Assembly (NCBI GenBank): GCA_026936335.1
Contig: JAPMXV010000069.1
Coordinates: 1 to 64,000 of the forward strand
DNA length: 64,000 bases
Reading direction: 5' to 3'
Origin: Mantamonas sphyraenae STR306
Lineage: Eukaryota; Protista; CRuMs
Part shown: positions 20,630 to 33,760 of the stretch, one piece after another
Numbering within the stretch: position 1 is the first letter of the stretch
Layout of the letters: every line of letters begins with the position of its first letter
Position numbers and translations under genes: made by a program
Notes under the pieces: generated by a model
Databases searched by the model: none
The model's input: the letters and a program-made list of their open reading frames with translations, nothing else
What the model was told of the DNA's origin: nothing

Positions 20630-22551
20630 CATTCCATCACGCGCGCACACACACACACACACACAGGTCCTTCGCCCAGTGTCCATCTCTCTAAGGCTTG
20701 CACCTGCCCAGGTAGCGCGGGTACAGGCACACCTCGCGCACGTGCTTCAGCCCAAGGATCCACGTGATGAACCGCTCAATACCCAGTCCATACCCTCCAT
20801 GTGGCGTCGTGCCAAACTTGCGCTGGTCCGTGTACCAGTAGTACGGCTCAGGGTCAATCCCTTCCCTCTCAAACGCAGCCATCAGCTCCTCGTGGTCAAA
20901 CGCACGCATCGACCCACCCACAATCTCTCCCACTCCAGGCATCAGCACATCCACACTCTCCGTCAGTCCCTCGTCCCCTTCCGTCGTGCACGGCTGCATG
21001 TAGAACGACTTGATCTCCTTCGGGAACTTGATCAGCATGATCGGCTCCCCAATCTCGTCCGTCATCCTCCTCTCCGGCTGCTCAGTGATGTCCTCTCCCT
21101 CCTTGAACGGCTCCCCAGTGTTCGGGTTTGGGATTTCGTGCTCCACCAGCCATGCAATCGCCTCGCGGTACTCCATGCGGCGGAACGGCTTCTTTGGCAT
21201 CTGGAACCCAGGGTTCAGCTCGTACAGCATGTCCCCTGCGTACTCGTGCACACGCTCGCACGTCTGCACAATCAGATCCTCCAGATGCTCCAGCAGGTCC
21301 TCAAACGAAATGAAGCCCATCTCTCCCTCCAGGTGCAGAAACTCGCTCAGGTGACGACGCGTCTTGCTCTTCTCTGCACGGTACGAGCTGTTGATGCAAA
21401 AGCAGTCGCCCACCGCAGGGAACACCGTCTCCAGGTACAGCTGCGACGACTGCGTCAGGTACGCAGGTTCCCCAAAGTAGTTCAGGTCAAACAGCGTCGA
21501 TCCGCCCTCCACCTGAGTCTGCACAAGCGTCGGCGGGTTCACCTCCATGAAGCCCATGTTGAACAGCACATCCCTGAACGCACGCTCGATGTAGCACCGC
21601 ATGCGGATCGTCTGCGACGTAAACTCTCCTCGCAACACAAGGTGCCTCTCGTTGAACAGCTGCTCCGGGTTCGACTCTGCGTTCACCCTGTTCTCAAACT
21701 CTGCCGACGACGCCCCCACAAGCTCCCAATAGTCCGCCTGGATCTCGTATCCACCCTGCGCACGGCTCTCTTCGCTCAGCACACCGTACACGTACACAGA
21801 CGCCTCCACATGCATCGTCAGTGCGTCGTACGTCTGACACTGTGCCCTCATCCGCAATACACCCCGTTTGTGTCAGTCTCCCCTCCCTCCTTGGCCCCCT
21901 CCTCACCCTTTCTCGCCCGTTCCCTTTCCGCCGAAACCAGCCGCAAATGCGTTCCCGGACTTTCCCGTCTCCCGCATCCCCCCTCGCACACACCCACACC
22001 CACGCTCCCGCAACACCCATGCCCACATCCCATCCCACCCGCACACCTCCTCCCACACACTCACCAGCTCCTCGTGCAGCACAGCCTGGCAGAAGCCCGT
22101 CCCGTCTCGCAGAACCAGAAACATCAGGTTCTTGCCCTGCGAGCGCAGACGGTGCACCCACGCGCCGATCTTTACGCGCTGGCCCACGTAGTTGGCACAG
22201 TCTCGGATCTTGATCTTCTTGGCTTCCGGCAGCTCCTTGTCCTCCACCAGCACCAGCTCCTTCGCCTCCTCCAGCAGCTTTTCACGCGCTGCCGCCTCCT
22301 CCTCCTTCTTTGCTGCCTCTGCTGCCGCCTTCTCCTCTGCCTCTGCTGCCTTTTTCTCTGCCAGCCACTTGGCCTTGGCCTCCTTCTTCAGCTGCTTCTT
22401 GCTCTTCTTCTTTGGCTCTGCCGTCTCTGTGCCCACGCTCGTGTTCGACTCCAGCTCCTCACCGCCCGTCAGCGACTCGGACGTCTGCGTGCCCAGTTCA
22501 CTTGTTTCCTGCTCTGTTGCTTGGCTCATCAATCAAAAGAGTGTGTGGATG
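20630..22551 (-). repeat. Inverted segmental duplication, arm B
   Basis: Near-identical reverse complement of 14085-16010. Confidence 0.97.
20691..22529 (-). CDS. NARS1: Cytosolic asparaginyl-tRNA synthetase, copy B; intron 21840-22064
   Basis: Same protein as copy A apart from D/E near the N-terminus and S/A at the start of exon 2. Confidence 0.97.
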
Positions 22552-22592
22552 CGAAAATCCGTGGTTTGATTCCGATGCTCCCGCTCGCGCAT

Positions 22593-25234
22593 CTATTCAT
22601 CCACAGTGTCGACACCACCTGCGTCCCCTTCAACCGCTCCCTCGACCGCACCCTCCCCTTCTTCATCCAACACAATCGGCGGAGGCACATCCAGCACCGT
22701 GTGCTCGCTGCTGCGCCTGTAAAACAACACGTACGCATCCTTGTCCACCACCTTGCTCACGTCCTCCACCACGCGTACAGATGAGTCATTGCAGTCATAC
22801 CACTGTCCATCCACTGCGTTCTTCACATACGCCACGTAGTGCCCGCCGCCCATGCCTCCAAAATGCCTTGCCACACCATACAGCTCGTACTGATCCTCCT
22901 GCGGCTCTGCAAGGTACGCACCCATGTTCAATCCCTCCAGCGGGTAGTGTACCATCGCGTCGATCTTGTCTCGAAACACACTCGAAAACTGGAAACGTTT
23001 GAGATGGATGATCAGGTGCGACGGCAGCTTTGTCAACTGGATCTCCTTTGTCGCCTCGCTCTGGTGCTTCTCGCACCGGCTGCAATACCACTCATTGTCC
23101 TTGCCCAGCACCTCGCGCTGCATAAACAGATCCAGGCATTGTTCCAGCACCACCTCCACGTCCTTTTCGTCCTCACGCAACGCGCACGACGCATCCTCGC
23201 TCATCGCCTCTGTTTCCTCTTCGCTCAGCCGCAGCGACGAAAGCACATGCCCATCCTCCACATTCGGCACCACAAACGCATACATGGCTTCGCTCGATCC
23301 ACGCGCACGCAGTTCGCTCACACGCTTCTCGTACGACAAAGCAAACACACGTCCGCCGTACCGTTCACACACCACAATGTTCTGCGCCTCCACCCCAGAC
23401 AGCGCAGAAAGAGCATGCACTACGTCCACCACCGTTGCACTTTTTGCCACACGCACACCGTACCGCACCGCTGCGTCTGTGCTCACCGCAAACGACTCGT
23501 ACGACTGCTGCTCCTCCGCCTTGCTCTTCTTCTCTCCCATCTCCTGGTCTGCATCCCCGCCCTCTTTTGAATTGCTGCCTTCCTCTTTCTCCTCCTCCTG
23601 CGGAAAACCACGCCACGGGATCAGCGGCACGTGGATCAATCGCTCGTCCTTGACAGGCAACGGCAGCGACAGATACATGTACGGATCAAAGGTGATGGGC
23701 TTGTAGTCGCACTCGGGACACGCCACCGTGCTTTTCAGCTGGCCATGAAACGTGTCCACAAAGAACGAGTTGTTGCGCGCCAGGTGCACTTGCCACGCCT
23801 CTGCGCTCGCTGCCGCCGCATCCGCCTCCTCCTCAATCACCACCTGTTCTGTAAGCGGCTTGTCTTGCACCCTGTTTACGTCCTCGTGCAGTCCGTCCAA
23901 CAGCAGCGACAGCAGCTCCTGCGCATCTTGCTGCTGGAACCCACCAAACTGCGACGCCACCTTACCCAATGCCCCCTTAAAGTCTCGTGGCGCCACGCTG
24001 ACAAACTGGCCGCCCCAAAGCTCCTGCATGAGTACGCCAAACTGTCGCACCAGCGTGCCCTGGCTGCCCAGCACGTTTGTTTCGTTGATCTCCGCCTCAA
24101 ACAGGCCGTTGACAAAGTAGTTGGCCAGCGGCACCGTGTTTGCCAGGCATTGCAGGCTTGCATTCATGTAGCACGTGTTTCCCAAGTTCGACAAGCCCGT
24201 GGCTCCCTGCACAGGCGGTGTGCCCACCCGGTTTTGGATTGGCTGCGTGTACACACGTCCACCGTAGCTGCCAAACCCTCCCGAGTAGCCCACGTGCCTA
24301 AACTCGTCCAGTGACTTGCTCTTGGCCTTGAACATCAACAGAGTGTCCGGCATCACGTTCAGATCTTCCAGCGTCGCGCTCATGTCCACCGACAGCGGTT
24401 GCGTGTCCATACCTCCCTCTGCACTCTGTGTGATCAGCAGAATTTCACACTGGTATGGCGGCTGGCTGGCACCCATTGCCAGGTTCATTCGCACTTGGTT
24501 CAGCGTCGCCTTGCGCGAAAACGGATACGTTTCCACACGATAGTTGTGCGACGGCAGAACAAAACGCAGTTCCAGCGGGTACAGCTCCACCACAAGCGTA
24601 CGCCCAAAGATATCGTTCGGGATCACTGTGCGTTTGATCACAGGGGATACGCCGTACCTGTGTGGGAGTGTGTGCGTGGGTGTGTGTGTGCGTGTGCGCC
24701 GCCCGTGTCTCTCGTGTGAGTTCCTGTGTCGGGAAGTCGAATTCCCTCTTCCTCCAAGCACTCTTACCAGCTCTTGATCAGCTTGAACGCTGCCGTGGGC
24801 ACAACCATGATGTCTTCGCCCACCACCAGTCCCGGACGCAGCACCTTTTTCGGCTCTCCGTCTCCGGCTTGCTCCTTCTTGCTCTGCACAAGTTTCTCCA
24901 GCTTCGCCTGGTTTGATTTGCTGATCCTGCTCTCCTTCTTCGTCTTGCTCCCCTCTGTGTCGTCCACGCCCTCTTCACCCTCCTTTGGCGCTTCCTCCTC
25001 CCCTAACTCTTCCTCCTTCTTGTCCTCTTCCTCCATTTGCGGTGCCGTGATGGAGTCCAAGCACATCAGCTCCTCGTTGTCCACCGGTCCGGGTCTCTGT
25101 CCGCCCGAGTCCACATACTGTTCCCACAGACTCCACCAACGCTTGTTGATCACATAGTACGCCTGCTTATACTTCATCTTGTCATTTGCGAGGATCTCTC
25201 GCAGCTGTGAGCCCTCTTCCTCGCTGCTCAACAT
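22593..25234 (-). CDS. Ubiquitin-specific protease, USP4/11/15-like (DUSP-UBL-USP); intron 24658-24767
   Basis: DUSP YYVINKRWW...PGPVDN; Cys box GLSNLGNTCYMN; QQDAQE; His box HFGGMGGGHY; WYDCND. Confidence 0.92.
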
Positions 25235-25353
25235 GCCAACTCACGAGTTCAGATGCCACAACTCGCGCATCGCATCCACCCCTGGTCCATTCAATGCCAC
25301 TCTTCCACTTGGCCACCCTTCCACCCTTCCACCCTTCCTCCCAACCCAAACCC

Positions 25354-26281
25354 ATGGTAGGACCTCGCGCCAGCAACGGAGTTTCTTTTCGTGTCTCGCA
25401 CTCACACCTGTGCCCTCAGTTTGGTCTCATATACGGTTTATGGGAGCAGTGGACCCGCCTGCCCGAATTCTACTCCCTCGTCCTCGGCTTGGACGCCGCT
25501 GGAAAGACCGTACGTGCTCATTCCCCGCGGGTTCCGCGCCGGTTGTTCTTGCTCCCCATGCACCGCACACTCACGTTCCACCCAACCCAATCCTCCCCTG
25601 CTGCTTTTGCGATTGTACACACTCTCCTCTCCCACGCCGTTCTGCCCGCAGAGTGTCCTGGAACAGCTCCGTACGCTGTACACCGAAACCCAGGGGCTGA
25701 GTGCAGAGAAAATCACTCCCACAGTAGGCCTCAACCTGGGGCGCATTCAACTCGACAACGCAAAGATGGTATTCTGGGACCTGGGTGGCCAGGTGGGCCT
25801 GCGTTCCATCTGGGAAAAGTACTACAGCGAAGCACAGGCCGTCGTCTTTGTCATCGACGCCTCCAACCGCCAACGCTTTGAAGAGTCCAAGGCTGCCTTT
25901 GGTAGGTTGACCCTCCTCCACCTCCTCCTCACTTCCCCTCCCCCTCCCCCCTTCCCCCGTCTTCCCTTCTTTGCCATCTCACCCGCTTCCACCTCCACCC
26001 AGACGACGTGCTTCGCGCAGACGACCTGCGCGGCGTCCCAGTCCTCGTCCTCGCCAACAAGCAGGACAAGGACGATGTGTGTCCCGTCGACCAGCTCGTG
26101 GAATTCTTTGACCTCGAGAACGTGCAAGACCGCACGCTACGGCTACAGCCCACCTGCGCCCTCACCGGCGAAGGCATCCAAGACGGCATCGACTGGCTTC
26201 TCGGCGAACTCAAAACAGGTGCACGCACAACAGATCTCACATTATCCACATCCTCCTCATCATCATCAGCATCATCATCGT

Positions 26282-26313
<32 letters not shown>

Positions 26314-26319
26314 AAGTGA
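25354..26319 (+). CDS. ARFRP1: ARF-related protein 1; introns 25357-25419, 25510-25651, 25902-26002
   Basis: M|FGLIYGLW, LGLDAAGKT, KITPTVGLN, FWDLGGQ, WEKYY, LANKQD. Confidence 0.92.
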
Positions 26320-26336
26320 CAAGCCATTCATCCACA

Positions 26337-27972
26337 TCACGTCATGCGCTTCTCAATCCCCTCCAAATCCTTTTTCAACGCCTCGTCAAACGGCATGGCC
26401 TCCACACATGCCCTGTAGTCCTGTGCTGCCTCTTCCAGTCGTGTCAACGCCGCCAGACTTGCCCCGCGTCGTGCCAGTAGCCGCACCCGTGTGCGCTTTG
26501 CACGTTCCCTCGCTGCCGCCAGTTGCGGATTGCCCTTCTCCAGCAGCTCCAGAGCACGCGTGCAGTCGTCCACCACACGTCCATGTTCGCTTTGGCAGTA
26601 GAAACACATGCTTCGGTTTGCCCAGCATTCCCATCGCTCCTCGTCCACATCGATCGCTTTGCTGTACGCCTCCACCGCTGCCTCCAGCTCGGTCCCACCA
26701 CGCAGCAACTCGTCTCCTGTCCGTTTCAACTCGTTGTATGCTGTGATCCGTGACGTGCTGTCCAGTTGTGCCTTCAGTGCCTGTGCATGCTTGCCCCCTG
26801 CCTCTGCGTCTGCGGCCACCGCTGCGTACAAATCCTCCACTGCCTCCTCCACCTGGCCCAGTGCCACCTGCGCCGTCGCACGCCGTGCCAGGGCCTTGCT
26901 CAGCACTGCCGGTTCCTCGCTTACATTCATGGCCTTGGTGCAGTTTTCCACACACAATGCGTGGTTGCCCAGCTGCAGGTGACACAGCGCCCTGTTCAGG
27001 TAATAGCTTCCCACGCTGTTGTCCATCCCAATCGCCTCCGAGTATGCATTGATGGCCGCACGGTAGTCTCCGTTCCCAAACAGCCGGTCCCCCTTCTCCT
27101 TGTAGTATGTACTGTCCTTGCCCTCCACACGCGTCCGCTTCCGCGCCAGATACTCCTGCTCCTCTGCATGTTTGCTCTCGCGTGCAGGTGTGATAAACTC
27201 CCGGTCTGTGAACGATACCTTGACCTTGGCACGTGTACGCACGGGCGGCAACTGCCCCTGCCCGTTCGCCTCCGGATCCTCAAACAACGCCTTGGTGCTC
27301 TTTCCACCTGCTTCTTCCTCCACCTGCCCCAGCTCCGCCTCCACTTCCGACGCAAACCGCTTTTCCTCCTCCGCTTTCAGTGTCTGCACACGCTCTCTCT
27401 CCGCTTCCTCCAGCTCCATCTGCCTTGCCAGCGCCGCACGGTTTGCGGCCAGCTTCGCTTGGCGCGCTTCGTCCTTCGCTGCCTCCAACTGCTCCCCAAG
27501 CCGCTTCATCGACTCTCTCCTACGCTCCAGCAGGTCCTGAAAGGGCATATCTGTCGTGTCCAGCGCTGGCAATTCCCACAGCTCCGCCGTGTCCTGTGTG
27601 CCACGCCGTTAGTCCTCGCTGCCCAACGATCAGAAACGCACTCTCGCACCAACCCACCTTGACCAGCGAAAACACAACCCGGTTGCCCTCTTCGATGGCA
27701 AATGAACTCGCCAGCGGATCCACACGCGCTTTGAGGTCCATTTGGAACAGGAATTTGTCTGCGTTCACTTTGAGAAAGTTGTCCGTCACTGCCCCACGCA
27801 CGCACACACCCAGTACCGCGAGTCAGCACACCCACACCCGCCCACCCATCTCCTCTTCCAACGTACACAGCACAAAGTCGTCCTCCACTTGATGCGCCCC
27901 CTGCATCGTCACGCTCACAAACGCCTTGTCTGCCGTCTCTTCAAACTCGTACGCCTTGACCTTGATGGACAT
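26337..27972 (-). CDS. DNAAF4: Dynein axonemal assembly factor 4 (DYX1C1; CS domain + TPRs); introns 27789-27866, 27594-27657
   Basis: N-terminal CS domain (NFLKVN..FLF), LPPVR...VSFTDREFITPARES..EEQEYL, TPR repeats. Confidence 0.85.
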
Positions 27973-28095
27973 TGTGTTTGTTCTGGCTCCTCATGCGCAT
28001 TCATCATTCCTCCAACCTTTGTCCAGTTTCCAACCTCCCCACACGAGCCCATTGCACACCCTGGCCACCAACCATATTCTCTTCCGCACGCCGAG

Positions 28096-29049
28096 ATGCA
28101 GACGCTTGGCGACTCGCGTGTTCGACGCGTCTTTGGCTTTCTAGCCTTGTTTGATTTGACAGCATCCACACTGCTGTACATGCTCGCTGCTGGTTCCAAT
28201 GGCCACTTCTTTGACGTCTTTCTCGTCCAGGAAGCTGGCGTCAACCCTTTCTTCCAGCGTAGCCTCCTTGACGTCTGGATCCTCAGTGCCATCCGCTCGG
28301 GTCTCTGTCTCTACATTTACATGCTTCAGCGACGTCGTCCTGCCTCGCTTGTGGTGGTACGTAACTCTGCAAATCCTCCCATCCCCTCCTCCGCCGTGCT
28401 GCTGCACTCCCCGAACGTGGATTCCTGACACACGCACTCGCTCTCCCTCCTCTGCTGGCGTCTCCTGCCCATCCCACAGCTGTCCACAGTTTTCACATGT
28501 GTCTACCTCATTGTCAAGATGGCCATGTTTGACTTTTCCGTCTGGTCTGCTTCCGAGGTCTTTGCCAAAATGGTTGTCCTCGCTGCCTTCGGCCTCGCCT
28601 GGGTCGACTTTTACATCTGGTTCATCAGTATGCGCGGCGAGGTCGAATGGGCCGGCAATGTCACTGTCCGTGGTACGTTGTGTGTGTGGGTGTGGGTGTG
28701 GGTGTGGATGGGTGTGCGTGTGTGTGCGTGTACCACCTCGTGTCCACGTCCTCCTTCCTCCATTTGCCTGCCGTGTTTTCGACCCGGAGCCTTCCTCATT
28801 TCCGGCTGACCCTCACTCCCCGTGCCACAGACGTATCTCCTCGCCAAATCACCTACCGGGTCAACGGCGACACCGAATCCCTCCTCTCGGGCTCCTCCAA
28901 GGCGCGTCGTCGATACGGCTCCATGGGTGTGGGCGAATACCTCAACGTGGGCATCAACGACGACGCCTTCTCCGACGCAGGCTCCGATGTCAGCTTCAAG
29001 ACAGCCGACGACGATTTCGACGGCGAAGGATGTACGTGTTGATTGCCTG

Positions 29050-29090
<41 letters not shown>

Positions 29091-30383
29091 TCCCACACTC
29101 TCGGCCGTTTTCCTCGCGACGCCACGCACCATTTTCCTCTCGCTGACCCAAACCCCCCCACCGTAGACGAATACGTGGAAGTGCAGGGAGACTCCGGCAG
29201 TGACCACTCGTCCGTATCTGGGGCACACATGGGCCGTCGCAGCAGCCGCGTTGGAAGCGTGGTGGGCAATCTGGACGCGTTGGCAGCCGTGCTGGACGAG
29301 CTGGACAGCGAGGGCAGCACGCGACGGGGAGACTTTGGCAGCATTCCGGCGTGTGAGTACTCGTCGGAGCTGCAGGAAGCATTGGAGGTTGTGGAGGATG
29401 CCATGAACAACAACGAGGGATGGAAACTGGAGAACGGAGAGGCCGGGGTGACTGTGCACAAGAAGAAGTACAGCAACAAGGGCGTGGAGGCTGTGAAAGG
29501 GTGTGGCATGGTCAAGGCACCCCCGGATATGATCTTTGACTTTGTCATGGATGCAAACGCACGTGTGACCTACGACCCGGTCATCACCACCTGCCAGGTG
29601 CCCGACCGTCTCAACGACCAAACCGACCTCGTGTACTTCACCACCCACGGCGTGTGGCCCGCAGCGCCACGTGACTTTTGCACCATCCGTGCATGGACAC
29701 GCAAGAGCGACGGCACCTACCTCATCGTCCTCACCAGCGTCGAGTCGGACCTCGTTCCCGTCGAGAAGGACCACACACGTGGCTACCTCTACTTCCAGGG
29801 CATCCAGATTGTGCCCCTCGACGCAGACCGATGCGAGGTCACCGTTGCCGTGGCCGCCGATCCCAAGGGCTGGCTTCCGCCGGCCATCTCTGCCCTGGCC
29901 TTCCAACGCCAGGCCATGGTGGTGGCCCAGATCCAACGCATCCTCACCTTTACCGTCCAGACACGTGAACGTCTCATCAGCCAACTGCGTGCCAAGATGC
30001 GAGCACACAGTGGCGCAGCCGCCGCAGGGGCAACTGGCGCTTCGCTGGGCCACCGCAGACGCCGTTCCTCGGGCTCCTCGCAGCATTCGTTGCATGTGGC
30101 GGCGGCCGCAGCTGCCGGCGGGGCACCCGTCACCTCACCCCCCATGTTGAGTGTGGAGGCCATGTCTGAGGATGGCGACGAGATGTTCCACGACGCGGAA
30201 GAGGGTGACGAGTTCCACTTTGTCTACCAGCCGCCCTCGGGTGACCAGGCACGCCTTGGCAGCAGCCACAGCAGCCACAGCAGCAGCAGCCACAACCATC
30301 CACACCATCAGCAGCAACACGGCAACAGCCGACGTGCCTCTCGATCACGATCCAGGTCGCGCTCCCGCCCTCGACGAGGATGA
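28096..30383 (+). CDS. STARD3: STARD3/MLN64-like protein: 4-TM MENTAL domain + START domain; introns 28357-28479, 28673-28830, 29032-29166
   Basis: VRRVFGFLALFDL, SLLDVWILSAIRS, YLIVK, FGLAWVDF match MENTAL; START motifs WPAAPRDF and DPKGWLP. Confidence 0.8.
29053..29088 (+). repeat. Intronic (GT)n microsatellite; similar CA/GT tracts occur in many introns and spacers
   Basis: Uninterrupted GT run of about 18 units. Confidence 0.9.
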
Positions 30384-30513
30384 AGCGACTGTGCAGCAGT
30401 GCGTCCCGTAGCCCAACAAATTCCCACACAGACACACACACACACACACTCGCACATTCGCACACGCACGCGTTCCTCTTCCTTTCCTTTGTTTCCAGAG
30501 ACAATCGAGCACC

Positions 30514-33500
30514 ATGGATGGGATCAGTTTGGACGAAGAAGATCTTGACGAGGTGGAAGACGTGCAGGCAAGCACGCTGAGGCGTGACACGAGCCTGGAT
30601 GAGCTGAGCACCGCAGAGAGTGTAAACAGTCTGATGATGCGCAGGGGCCAACGAGGCCGATCACGCAGCACCAGCAGCGTGGGCGACGACACTGCAGGCG
30701 GCGGCGGAGGCATGATGGAGCTGGATGATCCGGCCGGCACCGTAGGCGAGCAGCTGCCCCTGTGGATGGTCAACCAGATGCAAAAAGCCAACACCACAGA
30801 TCGCCAGTCGGGCCGTGGACAGACGGGTAGACGTGGACAGAGCAAAGCCATGCCTCGCACCCTGTCCAACGTGTCGGCGTCGACCAAGGCGTCCAAGCGA
30901 AAGCAAGCGTACAAGAGCATTGCGTCGGGCATTGGCGAGGACGACGAACAGGTGCCTGCGGTGGTCAAAGAATGGATGGAACCTCGGCCGGAACGACGCA
31001 AGGGCATCGAGGAGGCTCTGCAGGGCGTGTTGAGCGTCGACGACGAAACGGGCCACCTGCACATGCCCAAATGGAACGACCAGCGTATGAAGCTACGAGC
31101 ACGCAATGTGCACGTGGACACACGTCGTGACACACAGGAGTTGCAGGACAAGCTGGCGCTCGTGCAGGAGTACAGGGTAAGTATCCCAAAACCCCCCAAA
31201 AAGACCTACTCGTGGCGCCAAACAACGCGTTTCCAGCGCGCGCTTTTTTTCCGCCGACGCTTTGCGACCTTGCGCATTCTCCCTCCGCAAGCACGGCCGG
31301 CTGACACGTCAACCCTTCCGTCTCCTCTCTCGCTTCCCATCGCACAGACGCTCCTGGGCGACACGCTGCGCAGCATTGAAGAGGCGCTGGCTCACAACCG
31401 CGTCAAGCAGACGCGTCTCAAACGCAGCGTGGGCAACTGGCGTGGCGGAGGTTCAGATTCGTCGCGGCGTTCGCTCAATTTTGCCGTATGTGTAGCCAAA
31501 GGGAGTGGGTGGGAACACACACACACACACACACACACAGGGCATGGGCACTGCTGACACGACACATCTGCTGCAACACATTGCACACAGGGAGGCCTGG
31601 ACGAACAGAAGACGGCGTCGCAGTACTCGCTGCAGCTGCACACGCTGAACCCGAGGCGGCAGGGAAGCGAGTTTTCCAAGTTTACGATTGGGACGCTGTT
31701 TGTGGACAGCAAGAGCGTTCCAGAGGACAACTCAGAGACGGTGGAGAGGAGGGAACAGGTGGAGGCACTTCCGAACAAGGAACGCACACGATCATGGAAG
31801 GTCAAAGAGCTGGAGTCCCTACGCAAGGGCGTGCGTCAGCAGAACCAAAAGCTGACGATGAAGGCACGAGTGCGGGAACACAGTGCACGACTGCCTCCGG
31901 AAGAGTGGGAGAAACTGAACAAGGCAGTGATGACCATGCCCGCGAACGAGCTGGAACGGTACAACGATGAGATCGACTGGGAGTATGTGTCCGCTGCATA
32001 TGTGCCCACACGCACACCCATCGAATGTCAGCTGCGCTGGAAGAACCAGGAAGATCCCAACATCAACTTTGGGCCTTGGACAGAGGAGGAGGACGCACTG
32101 ATCACCTCGTGGGGCAAGCGGGACGACCTGCACGACAAGGGGGGCTGGGAGATGGTGGCACGAGAGTGTGGCAATGGACGCGTGCCATGGCAATGCTACG
32201 CACGACACCAGGCCCGCTTTGCGCTGTCCCAAGGCAATCTGGAGTGGAGTGCCGCCGAACTGAGCCGACTCAAGGAGGCACTCAAGGTGTATGGCAAGAA
32301 CTGGCAGGAGGTGAGCATGCATGTGAGCACACGCACACCGCAGCAGTGTCTCATTCGCTTCACGCGTGCTCTCAGCACAGCACGCCAGGGCGAGTGGGAT
32401 TGGCTTGAAGTCGACGCCTTGCATGCCACCCTCTTTGCCTATGGCTACCCCGAGCGTGAGCGCTTGTACAAAAAGCTCAAGGGCAGTGACGAGGCGTCGG
32501 TGCCCACGCACAAGCTGGGTGGGAAGAAGCGCAATGTCAAGGCCAGGTACAACTGGGGCCGCGTGGCTCGACACGTGCCTCGTCGTCTCGATACGCAGTG
32601 TAGGGACAGGTACACACACAACACCCACCCTGCGCTGTGGCGTACCAAGCCTTGGGAGATGGAGGAAGATGCCATTGTCAACTTGGCCGTGAGCAAGTTG
32701 GGCCTCAGCCGCTGGCATCTGATTGCACGTTTGCTGCCCGAGCGCACGGCCGCACACGTCAAGGCACGCTACGAGGCGTTGAACCCCGACCTGGGGCGAC
32801 TGCCCATGCAGGTGTCACGCCACCACTCCAACATGTATGTCAAGCAGGAGCAGCGGCTGCGCAACGAACTGATGAACGAGTCTGAACGCGAGGAGGAGGA
32901 ACGCAGGGAACGCGAAGCCGCCAAGGAAGAGGACGAACGGATGTACGAAGAGTTTGTGGCGCACATGAAGGAGTACCAGCACAGGCTGTGGATGTTTACG
33001 CAAATCGAGTACCGCACGGAAACGCTTGCCAGCGGACGAGAGACCACACGCCAGCAGATCGACGTCATGCGTCCCTCCACCTACTGCTCGCTAGCCGACG
33101 AACCATTCCAGCCACGCTGCAGGCGTCTCCAGCGCAAGGTGCTTCTCAGGCTGGCACGTGACGAGGACGAGGAGATGGTCATTGAAAGCCATCCCGACGA
33201 CCAGCTGCCCGTGGCCGTCGATGGTGTGCAACCCAAGCCCATTGAATTTCAGCCCATCATGGACAAGAACAACGCACACGAACGTCTCGAAGCCATGGAG
33301 GCCGAGTTTGCTGGACGTGTTGGATTTCGCTCGCACAGGAGATCCGAGAGCGCGGAAGACAACGATGGAGAGGACGAGCTGGGAGACGACGATGATGATG
33401 ACGACGATGAAGACGACGACGACGATGAAGACGACGAAGAGGACGAGGCGGACGAAGAACAGGTGGAAACCACCCCGGCCCTCAGCGCACAACAGACAGT

Positions 33501-33720
33501 GAGGACCACCGACGAGGATCAGATCAAAAGCAGGCGAGGACGGCGAGCGTCATCGAAGCGCGCGCGTGGGTATGACGACAATGATGACGACGACGGTGAT
33601 GGAGGTGATGACGACGACGAGTTCATCCTGGGCGAGGACGAGGAAGTTGCCCTGGATCCCACACCTTCCACAGGCACACGCCGCTCCACACGCAAGAGAC
33701 AACGAACAACACAAAGTTGA
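30514..33720 (+). CDS. SNAPC4: snRNA-activating complex subunit 4 (SNAP190)-like multi-Myb protein; introns 31177-31347, 31486-31590
   Basis: N-terminal helix QEYR|TLLGDTLRSIEEALAHNRVKQ; half repeat IDWEYVS...ECQLRW.N..DPNIN.GPWTEEED followed by four Myb repeats. Confidence 0.82.
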
Positions 33721-33760
33721 CACACGCACAGGGGTGTGAACAAGAAGAAACCGGTGGCGT

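Noticed and set aside
14085-22551. Inverted repeats as transposon terminal repeats
   Set aside because: The arms are a housekeeping gene, no transposase lies inside, and I saw no target-site duplication
20508-22784. 758-aa plus-strand ORF, and many similar long H/L/V-rich ORFs such as 2596..4005, 28611..30095 and 48377..50809
   Set aside because: Antisense or off-frame shadows of real genes in GC-rich DNA, with no protein motifs
30356-30500. Spliced STARD3-SNAPC4 fusion
   Set aside because: Would need a weak GTCGC donor and a GAG acceptor; a membrane lipid transporter fused to a transcription factor is implausible
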